A DNA stretch of 64,000 nucleotides from Podarcis liolepis (lineage: Eukaryota): NCBI GenBank assembly GCA_965112155.1, contig OZ218098.1; one strand, written 5' to 3'. The notes beneath the pieces were generated by a model, which saw nothing but the letters and a program-made list of their open reading frames with translations, did no database searches and had not been told where the DNA came from. Shown here one piece after another: positions 1 through 12,575 of this stretch (its first letter is position 1; every line of letters starts with the position of its first letter). The translations under genes and the position numbers were made by a program.

Positions 1-1377
1 AGAATCTGAAAAATCTATTTACACAACCAAAGATTACTGCATCTTAAGAAGAAAAATCATTTCTTTGATGGTATTAAAAGGGAGAAGATTATAAAGGCAG
101 AAGATTATCATCATGCAACTGAATAATTCTGAAGTGCTGTTTATATAAACTAGATGCCCACGTTCTGCTGCCAGCAATTTGTCTTTTGGCAGAAATGTCT
201 CAATACACAGACTGAACATTAAAAGGCAGAAGTACATATTATGGGTCATTCTGGGATTTTTCTTCTTCTGCCTTTTAAAATATGAATCAGCTGCCAAGTT
301 TGCAATCTGAAGTGGAATACTAGAGATGGGGAGAGAGGCTTTGTCTTATTCCTTTTTTTTTATTCCTTTATTTGCAGTTTTATAAACTGTTTCACACAGA
401 AAGCTACCAAAGTAGTGGATGGTAAGATAATAACAATATAACAAAAAGTAGAGACTCACTAAACTAAAGGCAATCAACCCATTTCTACAATTGTACAATT
501 AATATCCTATAAAATGTTCCTGTATCCTGGCTCAGATTCAACATGTAATTTAATTCTGAACAGAAGTAAGCCTGTGAAAAAGCCTTTAAAAAATAAATAA
601 AAGGATGGATAAATGTTTCCTAACATGGAAGTCAAGTATGTGTAAATGCATACTTTGGGACACTTACCATGAAAACCTATGTCCCCCTCCCTGCCCCCCC
701 CCAAAGTAATTACCAATGAGTTAAATGGGATTTTCTCCAAGGTAAGTGGATATAGTAGTGTTGGTTAATGTGGTGCCCTCCATCTTAAACGGTCTCATTT
801 CTGCATTATTTGTGGCTTTAAAAAAACCTGTATGAAAATTCACATGGCCATAGTATGCACATGACGGAGTGAGAATCCAAGATGGAGGAAACACAGACTC
901 CAAAGCCATGACTGTCTCACACTGGCCAAGGTAGAAAAAGAAAGTGGGCCAGCATCAGATCTGGCATACTTTTCAACTCTGCTGTGAGCGTACTCATTTC
1001 CCACCCAGACGAATGGGGAAATAAGTATACCAATTCTAGGTCTGCTGTTTGGGGGGCATGTCAGGTAAATGGAAAAGCCCCCCCCTTAATGCTGCTAGCA
1101 TTAGAATGCTGACAGCAGAGTGGCAAAGGTGACAGATGTTTTCATGCAAACAATAGGGAGCTTTGCAAAGGTGGACCTCCTTTTCCTCCATGGGAAGAGA
1201 GAGTGAGCTTATCTATCCCATGTCCCCTGTAATCCCCCACAGAGTGCATGGCATTGTGTCCTTAAACACTGATATAAATACATTACGTAAAGCCTATATT
1301 TCCCCTGAAAATATGCATTTCCCCCACACCTGGACTTGATGAATCAAGTATTTAGTAAAAGTTTTTTTATATATATA

Positions 1378-1619
1378 CAGTGGTACCTCGGGTTACATAC
1401 AATTCAGTTTACATATGCTTCAGGTTACAGACTCTGCTAACCCAGAAGTATTACCTCGGGTTAAGAACTTTGCTTCAGGATGAGAACAGAAATCGTGCTC
1501 TGGCGGCATGGCGGCAGCAGGAGGCCCCATTAGCTAAAGTGGTGCTTCAGGTTAAGAACAGTTTCAGGTTAAGAACAGACCTCCAGAATGAATTAAGTAC
1601 TTAACTCGAGGTACCACTG
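1378..1619 (+). mobile_element. Tc1/mariner (pogo/Tigger-like) non-autonomous MITE, family A
   Basis: TIRs cagtggtacctcgggtta...taactcgaggtaccactg, flanked by TA at both ends; homologous to 8987-9388 and 39335-39559. Confidence 0.85.
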
Positions 1620-3321
1620 TAATGAGAACTTTCAGGAAATCTGCCTGCTTCGGTGAGCCAAGCTATGCCAGATGAACTTTATCGCCAACACAGGCATGGC
1701 GATGGTAGGTCAACAGTATTTTTCCTGAAAGGGAAGTCATGGGGGTGCGACCTGACCTGTGTTAGTCACCCCTGCTGTTCAGTGTCCAACAGGTGACATG
1801 TGCCTGGTCCTGAAAGCTCAAAACCCATGCTGCCCCCCAAGTCAGTCAACAATAAGAGGGGGGTTGTGATATACCAATCACTAAACATGCCACAGGGTGC
1901 TGCCCCATGTTAAAATCCACTTTCTGCCTCCTCTACATGCCAGCAGACAACAGCCAGATTAAAACTAAGCCTCCGAAAGCCAATGAAATTAAGAGCAGGG
2001 TAGAGGAGATAAAAAGGACACCCCCCCAAAAAAAAAGGCCAATGAAAGAACATCTCCAAAAAAACTCTACTCAGCCCCACATGGTGAAAGGCAAAAGATG
2101 GTGGAAGAGTAGGATGCTGAAAAGAGACAAAGAAGAAAGTGAGGGCCCTCATTTTATAAAAGGTCTGCTTCCCCAAAACCAGTTGGTCAGAAGAGGCTAC
2201 GGGGGTATCCCTCACCCCTCCTTTGGGGAGCATTCCTCCTTCAGATGGTGGGTGTAAACTGACCCCAGCTAAAGACTGGGAATGGCATTCTCTCTTTAAA
2301 AATGTAAGTATATAATGATTTGAGATGAGATTTATGCTGGAATACTTGGGAAGTGTGAAACCCTAACAGATTGTTAAGTTCCGATCCACAAGTTAGTCCC
2401 TGAGGTGCAGATTCCTCAAGCACCCAGCAAATATCACAGACAGGTGTATTGTATAGCATTTACCTATGTTCCACTGTCTCACTTTACTGCCAACCTGTTG
2501 CAGTTACCAGGAAATGATGCCAACTGCAGCCTCCACAAGATGCAGATGACACTTTACAATAAGTATTAGAATATCTGGATTTAGCAATCTCCTGGAATTT
2601 CTACTTTAGAAATGTATTTGCTGCTCCCACATCATATAGGCTCAATTTATTACACACAAAACCCCCTCAGCTTCAGTCCCTCCCTTCTCCCTTCTCCAGT
2701 TGCTAGACTACTGTGGCTTAAAGAAATCACTTTTGTCCTTGTGTCCTTTTAGCTCATCCATCATTCATTACCAGTTTAAAATCTGCACATGTTTTCTTAC
2801 TCGTTGACTATTCTGCTGGCGTTGCAGCATAGGACAGAGAGAGGAGACAGTTTGATTTTCATATGCCACAACAGCAAAAGTAAAAAAAATAATTTTTTCT
2901 GTTACTGTAAAATAGATTGTTTCAAGTAAACACAAGACACAAGATGATAATTCATAAAGCATATGTGCAATGCCAACTTATGTTTCCACCAAATGTTTTT
3001 CTTTCTTTTTTCTTCCGATCAAAATTAAATGAGCCTGATTTTCTCAATCATGGTGAAAGCTAACCATGAACCAAATATTTCTGTGGCAATCTTTTTGAGC
3101 ATTGTACAGCAATGCACAAGTGAATTCCCCTTGAGTGAGGGCAAGGAATCTTCACAGACAGTTTCAAAGGGGAGCAGAATTGACTTAGTTATGAGGCAGC
3201 CACAGGGTTTATTATTATTATTAGCTGGGGGTGTGCAGCATTGCTTTCCATAGTTCTTCTGCAGCATACCAGCTGCATTTATGGGTCTAGAAGGCATCTA
3301 GGAATGGGATGCTATGCCAGC

Positions 3322-3767
3322 TAGGGATAGGCAGGTCTGTCAGTTTTAGTTGCTCATTCTTTCAATCCTAAATTCAGTTTTCAACATGTCTCTTACATAT
3401 AGAATCATAGAATTGTAGAGTTGGATGGGTCCCTGGGGATAATCTAGTCCACAGTTTGAAAATTTTATTTTTTAAAAAATTCTCTTCCAAATTCACCAGC
3501 ATTTTGTTACACATTTCTCCTTATATACATGTTTGTATGGATTTCCCCCTAATTTACACACATTTGCAAAGCAATTTCCCATAATATAATGCATTTTTAT
3601 TTACACTTCATCTCATTATATGCATTTCTGAACACATTACACGGCTGGAGAACTGCATTGCAAAATTCAGAAGAGGGAGAATTTCAAAGAATGGTTGCAT
3701 TTCAGTTCTCATATTGTTTCAAAAACTGCAAATTGGGTACATTGGCCTTTAAATGTGAACTGAATTG
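3322..3767 (-). mobile_element. Old non-autonomous DNA-transposon-like interspersed repeat (same family as 17745-18546)
   Basis: Reverse-complement similarity to 17745-18546 (ctgtcag... end, aaatgtgaactgaatt end); contains a CR1 3'-end fragment at 3401-3451; boundaries approximate. Confidence 0.55.
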
Positions 3768-3821
3768 ATGAGGAACCATTAGTGAGCATTCGTTTGGTTC
3801 AGTCAGTCAACCAGCTACACC

Positions 3822-4199
3822 TGTCATGGGCCAGGAGTCAGCTTCACCTGCTGAGCAGCAGCCTGAAAGAGCAGAAGGCAAAGTGACTCTACCTGCTGCT
3901 GATCAGCCTTCTTGCTCCTGATGAGAACCAGCTGGCTCCAGCTTTCTTAAGCAAGGTCTCCAGCCTCAGTCAGTTGCTGGAAACAGCATTTGTTGTTCCT
4001 GACCAGACCTTGCTGCTTCTTATGACCTTGGACCCTCAGCTTTCTTGACCCTTGTATCGCCTGACTATGTGAACTGAGATACTCCTGAACCTTGTGTATT
4101 GACTCTGTCTCCAGGCAAGTACCCCACTGAGACTCGACTCATTGGCTGGCTTCTCCCTCCACCGAGCTCTGCCATGGCTGGCAGCGCAGGACTACTACA
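3822..4199 (+). mobile_element. Solo LTR (Gypsy-like), degraded
   Basis: TGTCA...ACA termini; 5-bp flanks acacc/tcacc (1 mismatch); CR1 sequence resumes on both sides. Confidence 0.65.
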
Positions 4200-4387
4200 T
4201 CACCTAACAGTAACCTCGTCCAGCTTAAATTTTACCAGCTTATCCACAGGAATATCAGGGGGGACTTTGTCAAAAGCGTTAATGGAATTAAGATCCACTA
4301 CATCCAAAGCATTCCCCTGAACCACCAATTTTGTAATTCTTTCAAAAAGAGAAAGAAATGAGATTTGTCCGGCATAACTTGCTTTTA

Positions 4388-4749
4388 GGGATGCGGGTGG
4401 CGCTGTGGGTAAAACCTCAGTGCCTAGGACCTGCCGATCGTATGGTCGGCGGTTCGAATCCCTGCAGCAGGGTGAGCTCCCGTCCTTCGGTCCCAGCTCC
4501 TGCCCACCTAGCAGTTCGAAAGCACCCCTAAGTGCAAGTAGATAAATAGGTACCGCTTTATAGCGGGAAGGTAAACGGCGTTTCCGTGTGCTGCGCTGGT
4601 GCTGGCTCGCCAGAGCAGCTTCGTCACGCTGGCCACGTGACCCGGAAGTGTCTCCGGACAGCGCTGGCTCCCGACCTCTTAAGTGAGATGAGTGCACAAC
4701 CTTAGAGTCGGACACGACTGGCCCGTACGGGCAGGGGTACCTTTACCTT
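4388..4749 (+). mobile_element. Sauria SINE, full length
   Basis: tRNA-like head (gggtggcgctgtgg A-box, ggttcgaatcc B-box), core aagtgcaagtagataaataggtacc, BovB-like tail agagtcggacacgact, (accttt)n end; 13-bp TSD taacttgctttta at 4375-4387 and 4750-4762. Confidence 0.93.
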
Positions 4750-4879
4750 TAACTTGCTTTTAAGAAACTTATCCTGGTTCTTAGTTATCACAGCATCCTT
4801 TTCTAAGCACTCACAGACTGACAATTTAATGATCATTTATTACAGCAAATCACAATTTCTTATTTAATTTAATAATAAT

Positions 4880-4912
<33 letters not shown>
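4880..4912. repeat. (TTG)n microsatellite
   Basis: Direct reading. Confidence 0.95.
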
Positions 4913-5701
4913 GTTATCTGTTTTAGGTATCTAGCTGACCATTCAGTAGTTGCCTGCATTCTTTCCAATACATGTATCTCCCATAACTTACAGTATGTCT
5001 CAAATCCTGTTCCAGTTGTTTGTTTGGTCCTGATTTGTTGCACAAAGTGCAAGAGTGCCCCTTCAGATGGCAGTATTGGGATGATACTGGGGAAATGTTG
5101 CAAAAGGACTGATGAGTGGGATGATATGATGGTCCAGTGGAAATCCACCAATAGTGGCATGTTGCGGGATATACTTGTAAAAAATAATACAAAACAGCAA
5201 TCTGAAAGGGGCCCTCAGTAAAACAGTTTTGAAATGGTTTTCGATTTGTTGTGTCGGCACATAGCCATATAACACATATCCGTTCATCTAGCAGTCACAC
5301 TCATGAAAAGATGGTGAGGTGCTCTATTTGAGCAGATCCATGAGATTAACGTGCCTATTTCTTTCAGCGAGCATCATTCAGCTCCCAATTTGCAACACTG
5401 AAAAAAGTTCAGCTTGACACAAGTCATTTTTATTTCATTTCACATAGTTCCACCATAAATGAAATTTTCAAAGTCAAATTATAACTTTGTTAAGCAAATC
5501 AAGTGAGTGACTCATGCAAAGCAGGAATAGATATTCATCCCACTGCTCTAACATTCCAAAAGAAACACCAGCTTTTCAAGTATGCTAACGCTGTAATACT
5601 GTAATCCTAGATCCTGCTACCTGAACCCTGAGGCTTACTTCTGAGTAGACACATACAGGATTGCATTATAAGAGCGTATACTACAAAAAAACAGCTGACT
5701 A

Positions 5702-5834
5702 TCGGTCCCTGCTCCTGCCAATCTAGCAGTCCGAAAGCACGAAGTGAAAGTACGCCGGCTCCATCGGCCAGCAAAGCGAGATGAACGCCACAACCCCAAA
5801 GTCATCCTAATGGTCAGGGGTCTCTTTACCTTTA
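5702..5834 (+). mobile_element. Sauria SINE, 5'-truncated and internally deleted
   Basis: gtccctgctcctgccaatctagcag core joined to the 3' part ending tggtcaggggtctctttaccttt. Confidence 0.8.
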
Positions 5835-8800
5835 TCACCAATTAAAATTTAGTTCATATAATATGTTTTTTATTCAAAAAAATGTTTGTACACTGTTGTT
5901 CACTTCATACTTGAGATGTATATTTCTAGGGCCCATCTTATTTCTATGATTGTAAGTTGTATTAAAGTTGTATTATTTAATATGGTGTTTTAATTGTTGT
6001 AACCCATCCAGGGACCTTAGGATGAAGGTTGGGTAATAAATTAAAATAATACATAAAAATGGTTTTTCAAAATGGTTTACAGAAACCATGCAAATACACA
6101 ATAAAAACGATGTAAAAAAAATTAAAACCAGAGATCACCTATTACAGAAATATATTTTCTTAATTGCCTGCATAAACTTGGCGGCAACTTATATTTATGA
6201 TAAAAATAAACTGTGTTTATTAAAAGTTATCATTTCAACCATTTGGAATCTAGCTGTCTTTTGAACCAGCACACCAGTTGTTTTTGCTCCTGAACCTAAG
6301 CTGGTGCAATGGACCTTGTATGATAAAGCCCCTACTCATTATAGGCATGAGTCAAAATGGGATGGGAAGAACTCTGCTTTAATATGAAATGGGGAAAGGG
6401 CAAATATAAAAGGGAAAGAAAATATCCCAGCCATTTCCTAATACCTAACTGCCCTAAGCTAGATTCCTGTCTTCCATGTATCAGGATGGAAGCAAACTCT
6501 GCAGAAATCATCGGTCGGAGGGAGGAAGCATTTTTCAGCGAAAAGATTGTGACAAGATATTTATTCCTCTCTGGTGAACCTGCTGATTCTTTCATTCACC
6601 CCTTCCACTCCCTGCCCGCCTGCTTTTCTGCCACTTGGCCATTCCATCCCAGAAGCTTTCCACAAATTTTCTCACTGGTGGTTCGCAAGCCTGGATCTAC
6701 TATGGAATAAATGATAAGCCCATTCATCTTGTTATCTTTAATAAATGATAAATTTACAGAGTGCAAAGCATCTGTTTCTATGCTGACATAAGGTTAGTGC
6801 ACTAGATCATTGCTAATCATTTATATCTGATTTGCTGCTTTACCCAGACTGCTATTTGACAGTACTAGAAAGACAATGTAGGTCTTGATTATGATAGAGA
6901 AACCTTTTATTCCTTTTCACACATTCAGTGAACAAATGGATTGGGGTGAGTGGGTTGAGTGGGTTGAGCTAGAACTGGGGATTGTGTTTCCTGACCCACA
7001 TGCCAAAGTTTCACACATTTCCCACCTCCACCAATGTTTGGAATAGAGACTGCACATGAACAATGTATGAGTTGTATGCATGTGATGGACAAGTTATATG
7101 CATGGTGGTGAACTATGCAATAGTCAGGGACCCTGATAATATGCATGTAGTGCGCATATATATATAGTGTATGTAAGCCTGTTCAGAGGCCTGCACTGAG
7201 AAAAGTCAGTCCTAAGTGCTCCCTCAAAAGGGGAAAACTACTTAAGAGTAGACACCATATGGGTTTGATGACAGTAAGGAAACTGATATATCTCACATGA
7301 GGAGATCTTAGATGCATCAGACCCTGTTCAATTTAATGGTCAAAACACAACAGGTAATCAGATTTGGGACAGTATGTAAACAATTATGTGTTTTAGAGAA
7401 TCAGATGAAAGCAACAATACTATTTATTCCACATGCACATAAATGGTTTTTTTAAATGCTTTTTGCTAAGGGGCTAGCTCGGTGCTTTTCTTTAAAAAAA
7501 ATTCTTTTTTAAGTTGCAGAGTGGTTTTCAAACTTGAATATTCAATGAATCCTTCTACATCAACTTCATTGCTTCCACATTAGCCAATTTTCTCTGAAAC
7601 TATAATCCGATATTCAGTCACTGTCCGTAGAGCATACAGACAAATATGAGCAACTTGTATTCAGATGTATACTGCCTCTGATTTGGGAGGCAAAATGATT
7701 AATCCAGTCTAAGCCACCCAAGTTGGTGGCCATTATATCCCATGGAAGTGAACTTCATAATTTATCTATGTGCTTGTGAAAAAAGACTTTTTTTTTTGTC
7801 TGTCCTGAATTACGAAACATTCAGAGTTTCACACATACTATAGGCATACTCCCTTACCCACATTTCACAGTTTTGGACTGCAAAATTGGGGTGAGCATAT
7901 TACCCAGCTCTTAAATAGAAACTGCAATGTAAAAAGTTTATACTCCTTAGAAATGGGCTGCTCCCCTAACCTCAGTATCTACAAATACTCTAAAAATACA
8001 CCACACTATTAGTTAACATAACTCTGGAGTAAATCACTTTGCTATAAAAAGTTCTATTATAGAGTGTCAATGGGTGCGATAACATGCATAATTTAACTTA
8101 GGGAGTATGTAATTAGAAAATTAACCTTTTGCATTTCTCACTTTAACAAGCTATCACAAATGATTGGAGCACTGCACATCTGCAGCTGCATTTTATTTTA
8201 GCTGGCGCACGAAACAAGAAATTCTAAATTCTACAGGAAAGAAAAGTCTATGCTGTGATCTGTTGTAGAATATTGCAGGTGTTGTAAGGTTTTTATAGAC
8301 AGCCACAGGTTTTTCATTTGTTTTGGTTTTTTCACTTTCAAAAATTATGTCATGTGACAATGAATGTGGAAGAAACAACAGAACTACAGACATATCACAA
8401 TTTCATTACTAGCAGTTGTGTCTGCTCAGAAGAAAGTCCCATTGCAGGCTGACTCCCAGGTAACTGAGTGAAGGATTGCAGCCAAAGTTTGCCTTCACTT
8501 CAGTATAGTGTTGATGTAAGCTATGTTTGGGAATTCATATTCATATGAGTGAGAGTTTTTACCGGTCATTAAAAAACTGTGGTGAATATATTTACAGCAA
8601 GAGTGAGAAATAACCCATTTGCATCATAGTCCTTTCAAGAAAAAGGTCAGTGTAACTCCTACCTATGGTATGTGGAAGCTGGACAGAATAGCCCTAAGCT
8701 CCCATAGATGTGACTAGCATAAGCCCCGTGGCTCTCAATGAAGTGATCAATAAAGCCCCTTACAAATATTTATAGTCACATGTTCCCCATCACATGAGGG

Positions 8801-8986
8801 TCAGAGTGAGGCCTTACTTGCTGGCACCAGGTGGGCCTTCAGGACCCCACTGCCCACATGTTGGCAAGGGATTTTCTCTACATGCACAGGGTCTCCATAT
8901 GGCCAGTGAGGATGGAACAGGAGAGGTAGAGCTAATAAGCGTAGCCTCTTCATGTGATGGATGGCGTGTGAATATGAATGGTTATA

Positions 8987-9388
8987 CAGTGTACCTTGGG
9001 TTAAGTACTTAATTCGTTCTGGAGGTCCGTTTTTAACCTGAAACTGTTCTTAACCTGAAGCAGCACTTTAGCTAATGGGGCCTCCTGCTGTGCCACCAGA
9101 GCACAATTTCTGTTCTCTTTTTTTTTTTTAAATGCATTTTTATTGAAGTTATACACAAAAAACAGACATATATGAAAATACAGAGAAAAAATTACAAAAA
9201 AATTACAAAAAAAGGAAAAAGGAAAAAAAGAAAAACCACACATCCGAAAAAAGAAAAACAATTTCTGCCACAATTTCTGTTCTCATCCTGAAGCAAAGTT
9301 CTGAACCCGAGGTACTATTTCTGGGTTAGCAGAGTCTGTAACCTGAAGCGTATGTAACCTGAAGCATATGTAACCCGAGGTATCACTG
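8987..9388 (-). mobile_element. Tc1/mariner MITE family A, interrupted by a poly(A) retroposed insert
   Basis: Reverse complement of 1378-1619; TA flanks; insert at 9118-9268. Confidence 0.85.
9118..9268 (-). mobile_element. 5'-truncated poly(A)-tailed retroposed fragment (probable L1-type 3' end)
   Basis: Poly-T at left end, AATAAA on minus strand ~20 nt from the tail, 16-bp TSD cacaatttctgttctc (9102-9117, 9269-9284). Confidence 0.75.
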
Positions 9389-10188
9389 TACTGAGGCATC
9401 CGGCTTTTCAGTCATACATACAATAATTTATGAATCATCCCTGATGAGGGTATCCAATAACATTTTTAATCAGAAGCAGCAATATTACAATTTCAAAATA
9501 CTAAAAGATAAAATGGCAGATATAACACACTTTTTTAAAAAAAGCAAGGGATTCCCCCTCCTTTTTTTAAAGGAGAGCTGATCAAGCCAAATAAAAGAGC
9601 TGAAACAAAATAGTCTTTACTTGGCTTCTAAATGCAGCCAACACACTGGATTTCCCCAAGCAAAGAATTTCATAGCCTCTTTGTTACAATGAAGTTCTTC
9701 TCCCTCCTGCCCATCAACTGTGCCTCTGCTAGCAGTGGAAGGTATGTAAAAACCAGCCAGGGACATTCCCGTCTCCTTGTGAAACAATAGTTACTTTACT
9801 TAAATAAAAAGAAGGGAAAGGCAGTTTAAGAGACAGCTGGAGTGGGAGTGTGTAGAACGGGAACTCGTTAGAAATGTAGCTGGCTACATTTTTCAGGATT
9901 TGAGAAAGAGGGTTTCTTACTACTATAAAAATATTGTTACCTTTGGGTTTGGGGATTGTATATATATTTAGCATCCCAATCTTTTTTTCAGTATTCTTGT
10001 TGGATGAGGTAGCAAATAGTTTACTACATCAATAGTTTATCTAATTCTAAGAATTGTAATTTATTTTTATAAAGAGTGTGTGTGTGTTTTAAAAATGCAA
10101 ATAGATGTTCTAGTTCATTAGATTCTTATTTCCTTTTGGATTCTTTCCCTTTTAAAAAATATGTTGATGATAAGTCATTTATACTGTT

Positions 10189-10533
10189 GGGTGGCGCTGT
10201 GGGTTAAAACACAGAGCCTAGGACTTGCTGATCAGAAAGTCAGTGGTTCGAATCCCCATGATGGGGTGAGCTGCTGTTGCTCCGTCCCTGCTCCTGCCAA
10301 CCTAGCAGTTCGAAAGCACTTCAAAGTGCAAGTAGATAAATAGGTACCGCTCCGGCGGGAAGGTAAACGGCATTTCCGTGCGCTGCTCTGGTTCGCTAGA
10401 AGCGGCTTAGTCATGCTGGCCACATGACCAGGAAGCTGTATGCCGGCTCCCTCGGCCAATAAAGCGAGATGAGCACCACAACCCCAGAGTCGGCCACGAC
10501 TGGACCTAATGGTCAGGGGTCCCTTTACCTTTT
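10189..10533 (+). mobile_element. Sauria SINE
   Basis: Head, core and tail as in 4388-4749; a different subfamily, closer to 62959-63313. Confidence 0.92.
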
Positions 10534-10594
10534 AAGTCTCATTGAGCAGTTTTCTTTTTCAATAAAAAAAGATGCTGATTATTATTTTAATAAT

Positions 10595-10731
10595 GGGGTA
10601 CCCTTTTTTAGTTGGAACCCATCAGAACTCAGTTCTGGCACCTTTTAGGTGGGCACCATTGTCATTATAAGAAAGCAAGGGAGGTGTTCATGGTGAGTTC
10701 CAGAACCCCCTTTTCCAGAAAAATTGCACTG
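10595..10731 (-). mobile_element. hAT-type MITE, degraded (family of 14576-14709)
   Basis: gaggtgttcatggtgagttccagaaccccct...agaaaaattgcactg is the reverse complement of the 14576 left end. Confidence 0.55.
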
Positions 10732-12361
10732 TTCCCCCCCCCCTTCCTTCTCCTGTACACTGCTACTCTGGACCTTTGGAAGAAAATCAGAATAAGTTTT
10801 CACCATTAATGAACCACCTTGACACTGTCTTGCACTGACAACCATACCAAGTATTTAGCAACCCTTTGCACACATTCCTTGCATGTAGGGCAATGCTGAG
10901 TTAAATGAGAAGCAGGACCGTGCTTATAGCCCCAGAGTCAATGCTACATCTGCATTCTCCAACAACTGCATGTTGGACAAGGCTACAAAACAGAACTTGA
11001 CCTGCTTGGGGTCTGGTCTCATGGAAACCCTACACACAAGCAGGAACTCACACACACTGGGGCTCTACTGACAGCTGTGCATTGTGGGGAGCCTTGATTC
11101 CAGTTCAAAACAGTGTTACCCTCCCCATGAGTAATATCATATATCTAGCGGCAGAAGCTGCTTCTAGTAATATCTGATCAGTGACAATCTGCTGTACCAT
11201 TAAATGTCTGTCTTTCTCTAAATCCCCAAGTGCATGTCTGCAAAAGGGTTTTTTTGCTTCCTTTGCTAACTGGGCTTTGTGTAGTTCCAGCTCATTCTGT
11301 AGGTCTACTACCATCTGTGATTCATTGAGCTCTGAAGACCAAATGCCATGTACGGTAACCTGGTGTTACATACAGCAGTGAATGTCAAAAATGCCTATAA
11401 TAAATCCACACATCTGTAGACAATTGGTTGCCAAGTTCTGGGATAGCTGATGTAAGAAATGTCACACACTGCATTAATACCCGCAAGCTCATGATATTCA
11501 AATTAGAACCAATCAACTCCTCCTGCTGTACTTCCTGCAGATATAAGATGGATATGTTGTCAATCTTCCAAGACCAGTTTATCTAACACACTCTCTTTCT
11601 CAGATTCTTGTTAGCATATATCTTCTCTCTCCACCCATCACCCGGTAGAAAGTGACTGTCCTCTATAATGTGAGGAGGGAGAATCATGCAGTTGTAAATT
11701 CTTATCTTTGATTTGTGCACCGGCATGTTCCCTTATTCAATTATTGAATTAAAATCAATCATGTCTAGAGTACATGGGTGTAGAGAAATTCACACTGAAT
11801 TGCATAAATATTTGGATGGATGGATGGAGATAAATCAGTCTGTTGATGTGGAGAAAACAGAGGCTGCTGGGATTGATAGAGAGTATTTCATCCCAACACT
11901 TCTGCTGACTTAAGTGGGAAAGATGGAAAGCACAGGCTTTGGCACGGAGCGACTGTGTTGACACTGCTGGTTAGATGCTTTTAAAGATCAGAAGCAAAGA
12001 TTTCTGTTGAATATTTCTTCTTGGGGGTATCTATTTTTAAGGAGTGTGAAGAAGTGTTGTGCATCAGTAGGATATGGGCTATGCTGTGATGAGAGGTTGA
12101 CAGCCAATATGGAATTATGCAGCTTTGGGGAGGGGGCTGGGAGGGAACTATAATGAAAAGCCAGAACAGGGGCTGTTGAAAATTCCATTGTTGTGGCAAC
12201 AGTCGGGGCAAACCCTGCTCCATGGGGTTTTAGAACCAAAGTAGGGGACCTCAGGCTCAGGGCCTGAATACAATCATACATGCTTCTCTAACTGGCCCTC
12301 AGAACTGTCCCCAGACCACACATGCCACTTTCCCTGCTTCACATCCTGTGTTTTTGATAGG

Positions 12362-12512
12362 GAACATAGGAAGCTGCGTACTGCATCAGTACTGTCCATA
12401 CTGGCTGGGAATAGCTCTCCAGGGTTTCAAACAAGGTTCTCTCCAAGCCCCACCTGGAGATGCCAGGGATTGAAACAGGGGCCCTCTGCATACAAAGCAG
12501 AGCTGTGGCCCT
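12362..12512 (-). mobile_element. tRNA-derived SINE with CR1-like tail (Squam3-like)
   Basis: Reverse complement of 33120-33307 (cctggcatctccaggt; gcagcttcctatgt tail). Confidence 0.65.
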
Positions 12513-12575
12513 TCCGCTGAATGTGCTAGAATCTTCTGGAATGTGTTCTTAAACACTAATGATGCCTCTTGTTTG

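Larger units (their letters stand above)
3768..4835 (-). mobile_element. CR1 LINE reverse-transcriptase fragment interrupted by a solo LTR and a Sauria SINE
   Basis: Minus-strand pieces translate to ..LEKDAVITKNQ.. / ..FERITKLVVQGNALDVVDLNSINAFDKVPPDIPVDKLVKFKLDEVTVR / CSWLTD*TKRMLTNGSS, colinear with CR1 RT motifs (AFDKVPH, SWLxDRxQRV). Confidence 0.85.

Noticed and set aside
1865-2438. tgtgatat...atatcaca as LTR termini
   Set aside because: No matching TSD and no second copy in the window
4388-4470. tRNA gene
   Set aside because: The A/B boxes belong to a SINE head; no cloverleaf
4200-4715. 171-aa minus-strand ORF
   Set aside because: Chance read-through from an antisense SINE into a CR1 fragment
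34-5680. Chain of possible minus-strand exons (~5638-5679, ~5176-5287, ~2773-2816, ~233-306)
   Set aside because: AG/GT-bounded short open frames, but no recognisable protein and the phases could not be carried through; expected by chance
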